Source: Eledone cirrhosa
Taxonomy: Eukaryota
DNA: 64,000 nucleotides
Reading direction: 5' to 3'
Assembly: GCA_964016885.1 (NCBI GenBank)
Contig: OZ024743.1
Span: 191,518,001-191,582,000, forward strand
The translations under genes and the position numbers were made by a program. The first letter of the stretch is position 1, and every line of letters begins with the position of its first letter. The notes below the pieces were generated by a model. It was given only the letters and a program-made list of their open reading frames with translations, was not told the origin of the DNA and made no database searches. Positions 28,000 to 41,026 of the stretch are shown here, one piece after another.

Positions 28000-29827
28000 T
28001 CACTCACCCTTCGTCTCCTGGGGACCAGGCTGCACGATTTCCATGGGGGTGTTGGAGGGGTTGTCTGGATGGGTGGTGGTTTCCGGTGGGGTGGGGACAG
28101 AGAGGTTTGGTGGGGTGGGGTCTGGTGGGATGGGGGTGTCTGGGGTGGGGAGACATTTGAGAAGGACGCGGTTAAGTGGTTTCACCTAGGAATTCCCCAC
28201 ATCCTTCTCAAATGTTTCTTTTAGGGACCTATAAGTTTGTATAGGGACCCTAATCAGTTTTAGGTTCAGTTTTTTGTTATTTTTAATAGAGTGGGCGAAA
28301 GTTTTCCCTTCAGTTTTCACCGAAGGGTCGTTCGTGATGGTCTCCATTAGTGTTTTGTTTTCAGTGTTTATGTAAGTGTAAGTGTAATTTTCTTGTGTTG
28401 TGTTTGTTTTTGTCTGTAGTTCTTGTGTGTGCTTTCGTTTTGTTGTAGGTATTTTGTTTTCAGGAGGTGGGGGTTTTGTTTGTGTTGGTGGTTGTATGTT
28501 TGTGGTAGTGTTTGCTGGTTTTTTTGCTTTTGTGATGTCATTTCTTTCTTTTCGAGCGATGGGGTTCTCCCTCGTCTTCACTGGGTGATGGCGAGATAGT
28601 CTCATCTGTTGTATCGTCTGTGTGATTGGGGAGGGGTATGTCTTGGGGAGCTGTTGTGTCTGTATGTGATTTTGCAGTGGTTTTATGTGGAGTGGGGTTG
28701 GGTGGGACTGTGTTTGTTGTGGTTATTTTTGTGTGTTGGTGTTGTTGTTGTTGTGGTGGTGCTGGTGGTTGTGTTGTTTTGATGGGTGTCTGCAGAAGAG
28801 CCTTTTTTTTACTCATTAATTTAGGACAGGAAGCCCTCAGGTGACCCGTGCTAAAGCAATGGTAACATGAAGGCCGCCTACCCTCAACCGAAAAGTTTAT
28901 GTAGGTGAGTCCGTCCAGGAGTACACGTTGTGGGATCATAGCTATTCGCTCTGGGCTCATTTGCACCAGAACTTCAATGCTAGTCCCATTGAATACATCT
29001 CTGGGGGACTTTCCTACTGACAGTATTCTGTCTTCATCAAAATTGATGAAGCCGCACAGTATCCACTCGTGATTTTAATCTTTTGTGTCCTTTTTCCCAT
29101 GTATGTAGCCGTCAATTGATCCTTCATGAGTACCGAAATACTCCCAAAAAGTTTGCTTCTTTGGATGAATGCAATATCATTCATTGAATTTTTGAAAACC
29201 GGGCAATTTCTTTCTGTGACAATTGGACTGGTTTTCGGGTAGAATTGGAAACTGTCCTAAAAACTATCGTTTTGATAGCAGTTTCCTTGCGAATTTCTAC
29301 CGGAGAATTGATGCTGAAAGCACCATGTTTTTTTAAAGTGACATATCTCCTAGCGTCCTTTAAAAGTTGTTCGGCATTTGTTATGTCGAAATATGTCAGT
29401 TCCTCCTTTTTTGGGACTGTCTGTGCAAATGAGTTTTTGGTTTCTTTGTGGAATTATCCGTGTTGGTGGTGTTGTCATTATTGTTGTTATTCTTGTTGTT
29501 ATTCTTGTTGTCACTGATATTGATATTATTCGTATTTTCCTTGGTGTTGGTGTTGTTGTTGTCTTTGATGCTGGTGTTATTGGTGTTGTCTTTATTTTTT
29601 TCTTTGTTGTTGTTGGCATTGTTGTTTTTATCATCATTATTGGTGTTGTTATTTTTGTTGTCATTGAACTGTTTGGTGTCATTTGTGTTTGATGGATATG
29701 AATTTGTTTTTACATTTTCATTTCGTCTTTCCATCTCCATAGTATCTAGGGAAGAAGACGATGTTGACTGCGAGCTCTGTAGTCTTACCGACTCTCCACC
29801 ACCATTATCGTTGAACGCAGCGTTCAT
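28000..29827 (-). pseudogene. ORF1 of copy 2: Asn-rich N-terminus, zinc knuckle, Thr/Pro-rich tail; disrupted
   Basis: GRRPSCYHCFSTGHLRASCP (CX2CX4HX4C). Colinear with ORF1 of copy 5. Confidence 0.85.
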
Positions 29828-30046
29828 AACGAAATCAAACTTTTTACAATATTTTTTCCAAAATTCGATGGAGAAAAAATTTTTTCAAACGAATATTTCG
29901 CACCTGTAGGGGCGAAATTGAGTTGACCACCACCTGAAAGTCCAGACGGGGGGTCAAGTTACACAATAATATAAAATTTAACTGAAAACTCACGTTTTTT
30001 TCTTCCATAAAATAACGGAAACTTCTCCGCGAAGTTACACACGTCT

Positions 30047-30097
30047 GATAGAGAGAGAGATAGATAAATAGATAGATAGATAAATAGACAGACCAAC

Positions 30098-30166
<69 letters not shown>
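30047..30166. repeat. (GATA)n spacer between copies 2 and 3
   Basis: Direct reading. Confidence 0.97.
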
Positions 30167-30167
<1 letters not shown>

Positions 30168-33100
30168 GTTTCTATTTATTTCCTACGAGGGCACAAAAGA
30201 AGGGAACAAATACAAGAGGAGAGATTACATAAAGGAACGAGTAAAAAACAAATAACAAATATAAAATTAACAGTACAGTCCTCAATATGGAGGAGGCATT
30301 TTAGCGGTTACACACACTCCCGAAAAAGTGTGCAACCCTTTTCCTTGGGAGCACAGAGAGGGGTGCTCCTTTGCACTTCCACCTTTCCACCTACAGGCTG
30401 ATAAAGAGAGAAGGCCCATTCACACGAGCCATTCTCGCTACTTTCACTCACCTTTCATAAAACTTGCTGGGGTAGAGCACCTCTCACTCCATTCTGATCC
30501 TTCTCTTAAAATGGTATTTAAAGAAAAGGACCAGTTGTTTGCCGGAGAGAAAGGTGTCCGACATCAGCCTTTTCAAACGTGTCCACCATACCACCTCTTT
30601 CACCATGGCTATTACACAGAGGAAGACCGCCCCTTCTTCGTTTTTGACGGGGGGAGGCGGCTTGATCGTTACAATAGACTCAGTGGTCAACCGGATTGGT
30701 ACCACCCGTGACAGCAGTCGTTCGACATAGCCCCACAGATCGGCAACGCCCGAGCAGTGTACCAATGCGTGCGCAACGGTTTCCTCGTCGCGCACGCATC
30801 TGGGACAGATTTTTTTTTCGAGGGGTCCCTACCCAGGCGCCCGTGTCTGTAGAGCTTTTCTCGAACGGGCAGCGCCCCTCGGTAGCACTGCCAGGCCAGG
30901 GACCTCTGGAAGTTGTCCATAGGTCCTGGGCCAATGTACTCCCGAACAGGCTGGCCAGTTCGTCTTCATCCATGCCTAGGGCTTGTCCGAGGGCGTCGTC
31001 GCACCTACTAACCACCAGCCCTCTATAGAATGACGAGGTGGAGTCTCCACCGATAGATCGGTCCGACTGCCAGAGAGCCGTGAGCGCCTGGGCACACTCG
31101 GTGTGCCAGGCGCCCAGCTTTCTCGGTCTTTGCTTGACCCAGGACTGCAGCTCAGTGAGCGAGACGAGTCTCGGAAAGGCTCGCCTCAGAAACGGGGCCC
31201 ACACCGGTTGACCGGTGAAGAATACCTGGAGGTGCCGTAGCCTTAATGCGTATTTACGCATCAACAGCCACGGCATCCCCAGCCCTCCTTTCGAAGGGTG
31301 TTGACAGCAGATGGATCTCCGCACCAAAGGAGCCCGCTTCTTCCAAAGGAATTGGAAGAGTGCGCACTCCATTTTGGTGAGCGTTTCCCTTGGGCAAGGC
31401 ACGACGGTCAGGCGGTAATAGATGGCGGACGCTATATAAGCGTTCGCCACCTCCGCCCGACCTTTCAGGGATAGTTTGCACTCAGCCCACTTCCGGGTCA
31501 GCGCAAACACCCTGTTCGATACCTCACCCCAGTTCTTCTCCACCTGGAGCTCTGGCCTGAACCTGACCCCGAGCAACTTCACCGGGCCCTCCGTCCAACG
31601 TCCGACGACGCCGTTGGAGGCCATCGGTTTGCCCCTCCACACGCCGAGTTGCAAACCGACTGACTTGTCCCGGTTCAGCTTAGCCCCTGTAAACGTTTCG
31701 TATTTCTCCAGTAAGGTGCCGATCACTCCGATTTCCGAGGCGGTTGACACCATAACTGTCACGTCATCGGCGTAGGCCGACACCGCTTTCCGCAATCCCG
31801 GTTCCAAAGGGATGCCCTGTAACAACTCCAACTTCCGCAGCAGTGGCTCTAGGGCTAATACATACAGAAGGGAGGAGAGAGGGCATCCTTGTCGGATGGA
31901 GTGCGTGATTTCGAACGGCTCCGAGAGGTAGCCGTTCACCTTGACCCTAGAGCAGATGCGGCTGCTGTGCATGGCAGTGATCCAGCCCCTGAAACTGGTC
32001 CGAAACCTGCCGCCACTAGCACCGCATCCAGGTAACGATGGTCGACCCTATCGAACGCCTTAGATTGATCCAAGTTGATCAGGGCCCCACCAAAGCCGGG
32101 TTCGTTCCCAACCCTCTCTATGATGTATCGCATGAGATGGGGGTTGTCGTGAATGGACCTGGACGGGATGACGCATGTCCGTGCACCTCCCATCAGGTTG
32201 CCCAGGACGAGCGCCAATCTCTTTGCTAACACCTTGGCCAAAATCTGTAACTCTTCATTTATCAGTGTTATGGGCCTAAAATTACTTATTTCATCCCCCT
32301 TGTTCTCGTCCTTCCTCACTAGCGAGACTACGCCCTTGGTCACAGAACAGGAAATTCTCCCGTTCTATTGCCAGTTGCAGTAGACCGCTTCGAGGAGATC
32401 GATGAACAAGTCCGGCATACTTAAATACAGTTCGTATGGAAGACCATCGAGGCCCGGAGATTTGCGTCTGCCGCATTGGCTCAGTACGTCCCCTATTTCA
32501 GCAGCTGAGATCGGCCTCTCGCAGGACTTCGCCTCCTCGTCCGAAAGACGCGGCATTCCGTCGAGGTATGGACCGAGGTTCACATCCCCATCCGGCCTCT
32601 CGACCCCTCCGAACAATTGGGCAAAGTGCCTTTGAAAGGCCTCGCACATCTGCTTAGGTTCAAGGATCACCCGTCCATCCTGGTCTCGCAAAGACCGGAT
32701 AGTGGATCTAATCCCACTTTTGGCTTCTGTCACGCGGGCCCAGCTAACAGCTTTGGTCCCCTCGTTTCCCAGAGCACGTATTTTGCTTCGGCCAACGCAG
32801 CCTTCGTGTTTCGCTTCGAAGAACTGGCCCAAGGCTGTTCTCGACACTAGCACTCTGGCTACGTCGCCGCTTCTAAGTGTCTCTTCTACACTATCTACTA
32901 ACTCCCTTTCCTTCCTATTTCTATCTGATGCTAACTCTTTACTAACTCCTATTGAAGCTACTCTAATCTCTCTTTTGAGAGAGCCCCACCACCTGCTGTT
33001 GACGATGGCGCCCGTCAACCGCTCCTTAACTAATGTGCTAATCCGGTTCCTGTACGCTTTACTTGTCGGTAAGGACAAGTTGAGCTTCCAGTAACCGGGC

Positions 33101-33566
33101 CCTTGTCGATGCGTTCTATCAAGGTTGACCAGGGAGGTCACTAACTTGTGGTCTGAATAGCCAACCATGAGTATTTTTGGACAACTTAAAAAGTCCCTAT
33201 CCTTATTTCTAACTAAGAACCTATCTAGGTACGGTCTAGATTGACCACTGTGGTTCCTCCAAGTCCAGGTTGGCACAGTCGGAAATTCTAGTCGATATCT
33301 ATCGGCCAGGTCAAATCGGCCGATTAACCCCTTGAGGCTGTTACAACCCCCTCTATCAGGACATGCCCCTACATAGTCCCAACGTGCATCTAGGATACCA
33401 TTCCAGTCCCCCACTAAAAGCAAGGAGCGGGACGTCCCTAGAAAAGTCTCTAGACGATGGAAGAAGTCTGGCCGCGTTGACCCAAAAGGGCCGTAGACGG
33501 CGACTAGCCTAAAAGCTCCGCCTTCACCACTGCCAAGGTCCAGAACCACTAGTCGACGCTCCGGGT
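30168..33566 (-). mobile_element. Tx1-clade element copy 3 (5'-truncated within the endonuclease, about 3.4 kb)
   Basis: ORF2 fragments 32365-33549, 31936-32343, 30680-31972 and 30484-30795 with the same motifs. Distinct 3' UTR. Confidence 0.93.
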
Positions 33567-33637
<71 letters not shown>

Positions 33638-33720
33638 GGCTAGATAAATATGTAGATAGATAGATAAATAGATAGATATAGAGATAGAGAGAGAGAGATA
33701 GGCAGTTAGATAGATAGGCA
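33567..33720. repeat. (GATA)n tract abutting the truncated 5' end of copy 3
   Basis: Direct reading. Confidence 0.97.
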
Positions 33721-34017
33721 GAGAGAGACGGAGAGAGTGATAAAGATGAGTGCTTAATTTTAATCACTACTCTGCGCTACTCATGCTACCAATATGATTT
33801 TCCCTTTCATTCTCTACCCCCTCATACTTACATATTTTGCTGATTTCTTTCCTTTTTCATTTCATCCTTGCTTTCTTTATTTGTCGATCACATTTCCTAA
33901 TCTCCCAATCAATTTCGCTCCTTATATCTCTGGGTACATACAACATATGTAGATATATACAGAGACACACAGACACACACAAACAAATATATATATATAT
34001 GCCATATATACATAAAT

Positions 34018-34081
<64 letters not shown>

Positions 34082-34613
34082 TATATTGCATGTATATCCA
34101 TATATACATGTGTGTGTATTTGTAGGTATGTATGCCCATATAAATGTTTATGTACGCTTATAAGTATCTGTGTATGTGCCTATGTGTTGGTGGTTGTTTG
34201 AGCTACTCGAGCAGAATGACTTCAAGGCGAAACAGACGGCTCATGAAAAATCATAATATAAGAGAAAATCAATACCTCACCCCATCGTGCCGCGTTTCCA
34301 TTACATTCCTACTACCATTCTGCTGACCTGTAATGGTTTGCAGGAAATGTTTGAGTGCTTTATTCTACTGACAATCTTCAACAACACTTTTCTTGATAAC
34401 TAAAAATGGTAACCGTCTTCTACTAGGTTGTTCTGATCATTTTGGTTTCCATACTTTTCAAACTTATGAAATTTTCTAGAGATTATAGTTAGAATGATAC
34501 TATATCGATTTTTTTTTCAATCCAAAGTTGTAGCTTTGTTCATAAAGTTTCAAGTGGGAAAAAACATAGAATTGTGATATATGTATACATCTTAATATAA
34601 TATATCAATCGAA

Positions 34614-34825
34614 GGTGGCGGATTGAAAGAACTGGTTGAGCGTCGGGTGAAATGCCACTGCAGTATTTGTTTAGGTTCTTTACATTCTGAGTTCAAATCC
34701 AGCCAAGGTCTACTTTGCCTTCCATCCTCTTTGGGATCAACAAAACAAAGTACAAGTCAAGTACTGGGGCTAATTTAATCAACTTTGCTCTTGCCCCCAA
34801 ATTACGCCTAGATTGGAAATCACTA
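34614..34825 (+). mobile_element. Diverged SINE, family A-related
   Basis: ctgagttcaaatcc B box and ctttgccttccatcc core. Confidence 0.7.
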
Positions 34826-36978
34826 TAATACATTCACTCAAGTCGTAGTTATGGCTAAATTGTTAAGACTTTTGGTTTATTATCATGAGGCTGCGAGTTC
34901 GATCTCACTGCGTGATGTTTCCTACTGTTGTCGCTACCAGAGTCAAGTACTGTGGTTTAAGTTTATATAAGAGAATGTTGATATATTTGCCCATACAATA
35001 TTATTGTTAATGATGTAACATCTATGCTGTCACTTGACTTGCTAGTAATAGCAACAACATTTTTTCTAAAAATACACACTATCGTCTATAAAAATGGAAT
35101 GCCACATTATATTGCTTCGTCCTAGATACTCATTAAAACGAGTAGAATGCGTTTTACCATGAATGTGCTCGATTCGGAGCTGACTTGGAGCTAAACAACA
35201 ACAACGACAGCTGTTGATTATTTGAGGTATAATAAGGAAGCTGATTAGTTGTTATTACTCTAAAAACCTAAAATGTGACAAATATTAGGGTAGTTGAGAC
35301 AGTGTTAGTGTTTCAGTGCGAAATAGCCTGGACTTCATCTAAATGGTTGCTGGTTGGCAATGATTCTCTCAGCAACTTGCTATTTCCTCCCTCAATCTGT
35401 TTTGTCACGATTACAAACGTCATATGTTAATGTTAGTAGAAGTGAAAATCTAGAAGATGCAACATTCATACGTTTTCCCAAAGAGATTTAGTTGTATAAA
35501 TATATATACTGTGATGTGATGTTCACTCCTCATGCTCTAAAAGAATAATCATCATTTACTAAAATATTGTGTCTTTTTACAATTTGATGCAAGCTTATAT
35601 CCTTAGAAAATGGAGTATGTGATACTTCAAAGTTCACGCAGCTCTCAAGAACATAATGAATATCGAAACCATTTTACAAGAATGGATTACCGTACATTAT
35701 ATCTTGGTAAATGATATTCACGATTTTTTTTAATTAGATACAAGGGGCTTCAATCTTAACGGATGGGGAAATTAAAAATATAACGTTCATGCTTTTCTGT
35801 AAAGGAATTAACATCATCCGTTAAGAGATCGAAATGTAATGAACACATGCGATTAGACGTGTGGCATCAAATATCATTCTGGTGAGGGACAAGGGTGGTT
35901 AATGAGGGTGAATAATGGTGAGCAAGCTGCAAAGTACTGGCAACGTTTTACGTTATAGTACCTAATTAATTCTCTGTCTGTCTGACATTTCCTTGGTTAA
36001 CAAATACAAAATACCTTTGATCAGTAAAAAATACCTTTGAGATCGTCTTTCAAACTTCAATGAGAAATTGCAGCTTTTGGTTCATATTTACTTACTGCGG
36101 AAAGAATATATATATTGATATTCTTGCTTTCATTCTAGATACGGGGCAAATGAACATTGGGCATATTCTTTTCGGGGGAAAGTTTTCTTCGTTTCTCTCG
36201 CTAGAGTGTACAGTAATCGTCTAGAAATCAGTCCCCTCTCCTTTAAATATTTACGGTATCGGGGCTCCGTTTATACAGCAAACTTAACAATGAAATAACG
36301 TCTGAGAAATTATATTTTTCTAGTTTCATAATACATTATATATGTATTATGAATATAATTCAAAATATCATATATGCAGTGAATAACGTGTTCACATTTA
36401 TGTGAAATACGAATCTATAAATGTGATCGGTTGTATTTTTATAATCATGTAGTAACATAGTCTTAGAGAGATGCAGATCTTTTATAATAGCAATAACAAC
36501 AGATAATGAGAAATACTGACTTTGATGTAGAATCAGCAGAGGCCGTAAATACAACACATGCAATACTTTTAAAGACATTTATTTGGAAACAAAAGTTTTT
36601 TAACGTTTTAATTAAGTTTATAGTTTTATGTAATCGCAGATAAGCTTATTTTAGATATCATGTTTCGTCAGTGCAACTCGTTTGTCTGATAACAAAATAG
36701 AAGGAAATAAATTGGAAATATCCAAAGATATACATGTATGTAGTGGAAGTGCGTGGCCAAGTGGTTATGGTGTCGGACTCACGATAAATACATATATATT
36801 ATGTGTGAGTATGTGTGTGTATGTATATATATATATATATATATATTAATTATACACAATTAAAATTCGTCACGAATATATATAACATGTTAATGAAAAG
36901 ATATCTTTAAAACATCTTATTCAGAGAAGCAAACATTTATATGTTATAGACCCATTAGTGATATGTATGTATAAGATG

Positions 36979-37010
<32 letters not shown>

Positions 37011-37014
<4 letters not shown>

Positions 37015-37057
37015 GAAAGTATAGAAATTATTGTGAGCGTGAAGCCAACAGTATTTC

Positions 37058-37107
<50 letters not shown>

Positions 37108-37157
37108 GCGCGTGTGTGTGTGTGTGTGTGTGTTTGTGTGTGTATGTGTGTATGTGT

Positions 37158-37244
<87 letters not shown>

Positions 37245-37294
37245 TATAAATGAAAGTATAGAAATTATTGTGAGCGTGAAGCCAACAGTATTTC

Positions 37295-37374
<80 letters not shown>

Positions 37375-37437
37375 GTGCGTGTGTGTGTTTGTGTGTGTAT
37401 GTGTGTATGTGTATACATATATATATATATATATATT

Positions 37438-37500
<63 letters not shown>
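37011..37500. repeat. Tandem duplication with a unit of about 237 bp
   Basis: aaatgaaagtatagaaattattgtgagcgtgaagccaacagtatttca plus the following (TA)/(TG) tracts occurs at 37011 and again at 37248. Confidence 0.9.
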
Positions 37501-37507
<7 letters not shown>

Positions 37508-37657
37508 TTATACTTAGGGAGGGTCATGTTGCCAATAAGAAACACACGCACCATTGCTTTCACTTCAATTTATTATAATAAATTTATAATAAATTTATAA
37601 ATTTATAAATTTCTGGTTGGTTGGTTGGTTCCACAACCAGATAGTTGTTTATATATT

Positions 37658-37700
37658 GTCATAGTTCTTTCGTCACACACTATTTGACCTCTTCAGTGAC
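37658..37700 (-). ncRNA. Minimal type I hammerhead in the Penelope 3' region
   Basis: gtca-CTGAAGA-g-gtca(aatagtgtg)tgac-GAAA-gaac-TA-tgac. Confidence 0.8.
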
Positions 37701-37901
37701 TGGGGATTGCTTTCTTTGTTTCTGTGCCTCTCCTTTGTTCTGTCCTACGCCATTTTGTTTCTGTGTGTGTGTTGTGTGCTCAGTCTGCGCATGCGCCACA
37801 TCCGGGTGTCTGTGTGTGTTTATGTTCATTTATTTATTTGTCTATTTACATGTTACTGGTTGGTTGTGTGTTCTATGTGTGTGTGTGTTTTCATTTTGTC
37901 C

Positions 37902-39170
37902 TTAATTGTAAGTTGTGATGTTGCTGTTCCACTCATATTTTCTATTTAATTTTGGTTGTAATTCTTTTATGTTTATTGCCTCTGTAATTTGTCTAAACAT
38001 TGCGTCTTTTCTGTGTGTAGATTCTATTTTTATTTCTATGTTCTCTAATTTACCCTTGTGTTCTATTTTAGCAAGTTGGTAGAGTACAGATAATTCTTTA
38101 CTATCTTGAAGGTCTCGCCAGTGTTCATTTATCCGTTCTCCTACACTACGAGCTGTCTTACCTATGTACACTATATTTTTGTCTCTACATTGTCCTTCAG
38201 TACATCTTATGCTATACACTACATTTCTAGTTGTGCAGTTAATATGGGGGCTTATTTTACAGGTTATACATTTCTTATCTATACATGAGGGTCTTTGAAA
38301 AGGGTATGTCTTGCTAATAAGTGTTTTTATGGAGGTACCTGGTCTTTCTACTATCTCAATATTGAGTTTATGTTTGTTTAGGGCCCTTCTAAATTTGTAA
38401 GCTAATTCACTTCTAGGGGTTGTATCGATGAACATTACACTCTGGTATTTATTGCTATCATACTATGAGTTTATTGTATTAGCCTTGTTCCTAGTTCTTT
38501 CTATTCTATTCCAAAATGTGCTCCTATACAAGGGGCAGGTCCCATTTATGTCATTATTTACCATTTTTTCCCATTTGGTCCTGGCTCCTCTATACACTCT
38601 GATTTTATCTCTCTGATTGTAGCCAGAAAACTGCATACGGTGGATGAAGTGTTGTATGTGTTTCTCTAGTTCTTCGGGGTTGCACATGCGGGGCACGTTT
38701 CTCATCACCCGTACCAAATCCGCAATCAGTATGTTGATTTTGGTATGATCCGAAACGGCCGAGTTTCGGTGGATCAGATGTTTGGAAGTCATGGGTTTGG
38801 CATAATGGGAATGGAGGATTTGTTTTTTGTTGTTAATGGTATCTAACCAGAGCTCTGTGTCTAGTACAGGTAATCGATGGTTGGTGTGTTTACTTGGGTA
38901 GTCTATAGTAACTCTAATGCTCTGGTCGATGGAGTTTGCTATTTACTGGATGCTTTCCATTGTGTTTTTCTCTAGTTCCTGACTGTTCTCTAGAGGGGGT
39001 GTCTTAACTACGATGTTTATATCATCAATCCCACGGAACTCAACATTGCTCTCACTGATCATTTCTACGCATTTCTCCACAGCAAAATCCACGTCAATAG
39101 ATGGATACAGGGACACAACATCCATACTACCTATTATGCAGTTTGTTAGGTCCCTAGATCGGTTACTCAC
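37902..39170 (-). pseudogene. Penelope RT and GIY-YIG endonuclease ORF, disrupted
   Basis: ORF-track fragments 38943-39170, 38463-38792 and 37902-38435. Confidence 0.88.
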
Positions 39171-39180
39171 GCCGATTCTG

Positions 39181-39244
<64 letters not shown>

Positions 39245-39287
39245 AGACTGGTTTTCAGAAGCAGATCAGGAAGAAACTGCTGTGAAA

Positions 39288-39472
39288 TAATTGTTTCTAC
39301 TTTAGGCACAAGGCCAGCAATTACCCAGTACATTACTAGTACTTTATTTTATCGACCCCGTAAGGATGAAAGGCAAAGTTAACCTCGGCGGGATTTGAAC
39401 TCAGATCGTAAAGGGACGTAACTATGCTAGAAAGCATGGCGCCCAACCCTCTACCGACACTGCCAATTCACC
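39288..39472 (-). mobile_element. SINE, family A
   Basis: Head, B box, core and tail. Confidence 0.85.
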
Positions 39473-39748
39473 AATAATGACCTCAATACATTAATCTGAT
39501 GATTTCAAACGAATGAAACAGTTCTAGTCATGTAGATATCGTCTCTATATAACATATGTGTATGTGTGTATGTATGAACGATGACGAAGATGGCAGATAT
39601 TCATAAAGCAAAATATATATGTACACACACTATACACACATACACTCACACACACAGACACACACACACACACATACAGACACACACATCTATCTATCTA
39701 TATATATATATATGTATATACATATACATATATATGTATATATATATG

Positions 39749-39882
<134 letters not shown>

Positions 39883-40514
39883 TAAAAAGGAAAAGAAAAT
39901 GCTGACAAATGTTTCCCAGTAAAAATAGTTTAATTAGGAATAAGTATAAATTAGTAATAAGTATTGGTTAGTATTCAGTTTTAGTTTTAAGTTTTTACCG
40001 GTTGCGCATTTCTAATGCTTTTAAAAAATAATTTTGAGATAGAGCGCTCGTGATGTTTGCTCTAACCTGATGTTTGCTCTAATACATATATATATATGGT
40101 GGCTGCCAACTCGTTTTCGAGTACGACCACTACTGTATATCATTGTAGGGGAACCCTTACCGTTGCGCTGAACGAGTTTGACTTTTTAGTCCAGCCAGCG
40201 ACTTGAAAACTCTGGTACAAACACTACACTTATGACAATTATTGACACATAGTGCTGGGCCCATGGTACCATGTGACGACAAGTGCAGAGAGATCTCCAG
40301 ATATAAAACAATGCCTGTGCCGTGAAGCTTTTATAGTGAGCAAAGGCACTGCACAAAGCCAGTCCCACTCTCTTAACCAAGATGATATTTACCAAAAAGA
40401 AGAACAAGTCAACATCATTGGATACCATCAGGGTTGCAGGTGTTATAACAGAGTTTTCCTTCTCCAAGAATTCTGCCTTGACAAAGGCTAAGGGGTCATC
40501 TCTCCCGGTGATTT

Positions 40515-40739
40515 TGGATGGCCATTGACTCTTAAGAGCTCCTTTGCCCTTTGACAGGTTTTGTTTTTAGTCCTGCAGGATGTCCAAAATCACCCTCCTC
40601 ACCAAGAAACCTTGGTGGGGTTGCCAGTTTAGTCGCCAACGACCCGACCATGGGACAGATTGTACTGGAATACATGTTACCAGTAGCACCAACTGGTGAC
40701 CTGACCACAGGCATCCCCTATCTAACTCATATATATATG

Positions 40740-40772
<33 letters not shown>

Positions 40773-40955
40773 GTATGCTGTGTCAGGTCACTCTTGAGTG
40801 CTACTGGTAACATGTAAACCAGTACAACCTGTGACATGGTCGGGTCGTCGGCGACTAAACTGGCAACCCCACCAAGTTTACTGGACACCCTGCTTGACAA
40901 TAAACAAAACCTGACAAAGGGCGGAAGAACTGAAAGAGTCAACGGCCTTCAAAAA
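40515..40955. repeat. Two diverged copies of a 180-200 bp repeat in inverted orientation around (TA)n
   Basis: ctactggtaacatgta...ggtcgggtcgt(c/t)ggcgactaaactggcaaccccaccaag is present at 40515-40713 (-) and 40775-40955 (+). Confidence 0.8.
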
Positions 40956-41026
40956 ATGTGTAAATATGTATATACACATGTAGATATGTATGTGTATGTA
41001 TATACGTGTGTACATGCCTTGGGTGT

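Larger units (their letters stand above)
24290..30046 (-). mobile_element. Tx1-clade element copy 2 (full length, about 5.76 kb, frameshifted)
   Basis: 5' UTR, ORF1 with CCHC knuckle, ORF2 with APE, RT and zinc finger, 3' UTR. (GATA)n on both sides. Confidence 0.93.
37507..39183 (-). mobile_element. Penelope-like element, 5'-truncated and internally deleted, flanked by (TA)n
   Basis: RT motifs SMDVVSLYPSI and IDD, LPVLDT, the GIY-YIG motif NVVYSIRC...VYIGKTARSVGERINEH, and a 3' hammerhead. Confidence 0.9.

Noticed and set aside
24601-33094. Plus-strand ORFs overlapping Tx1 ORF2 (also 56531-58953)
   Set aside because: These are antisense shadows of GC-rich coding sequence with no recognisable domains.
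23650-33720. Repeat-spacer-like layout suggesting a CRISPR-type array or LTR structure
   Set aside because: The repeats are simple (GATA)n and the spacers are non-LTR element copies. There are no cas genes, LTRs or integrase.
35606-35706. Plus-strand ag...gt bounded open stretch (also 46100-46197)
   Set aside because: No recognisable homology or coherent gene model. Such signals are common by chance in AT-rich DNA.
39492-39532. CTGATGA-tttc-aaac-gaat-GAAA hammerhead-like string
   Set aside because: Stems I and III do not pair adequately. It is either a heavily decayed relic or chance.
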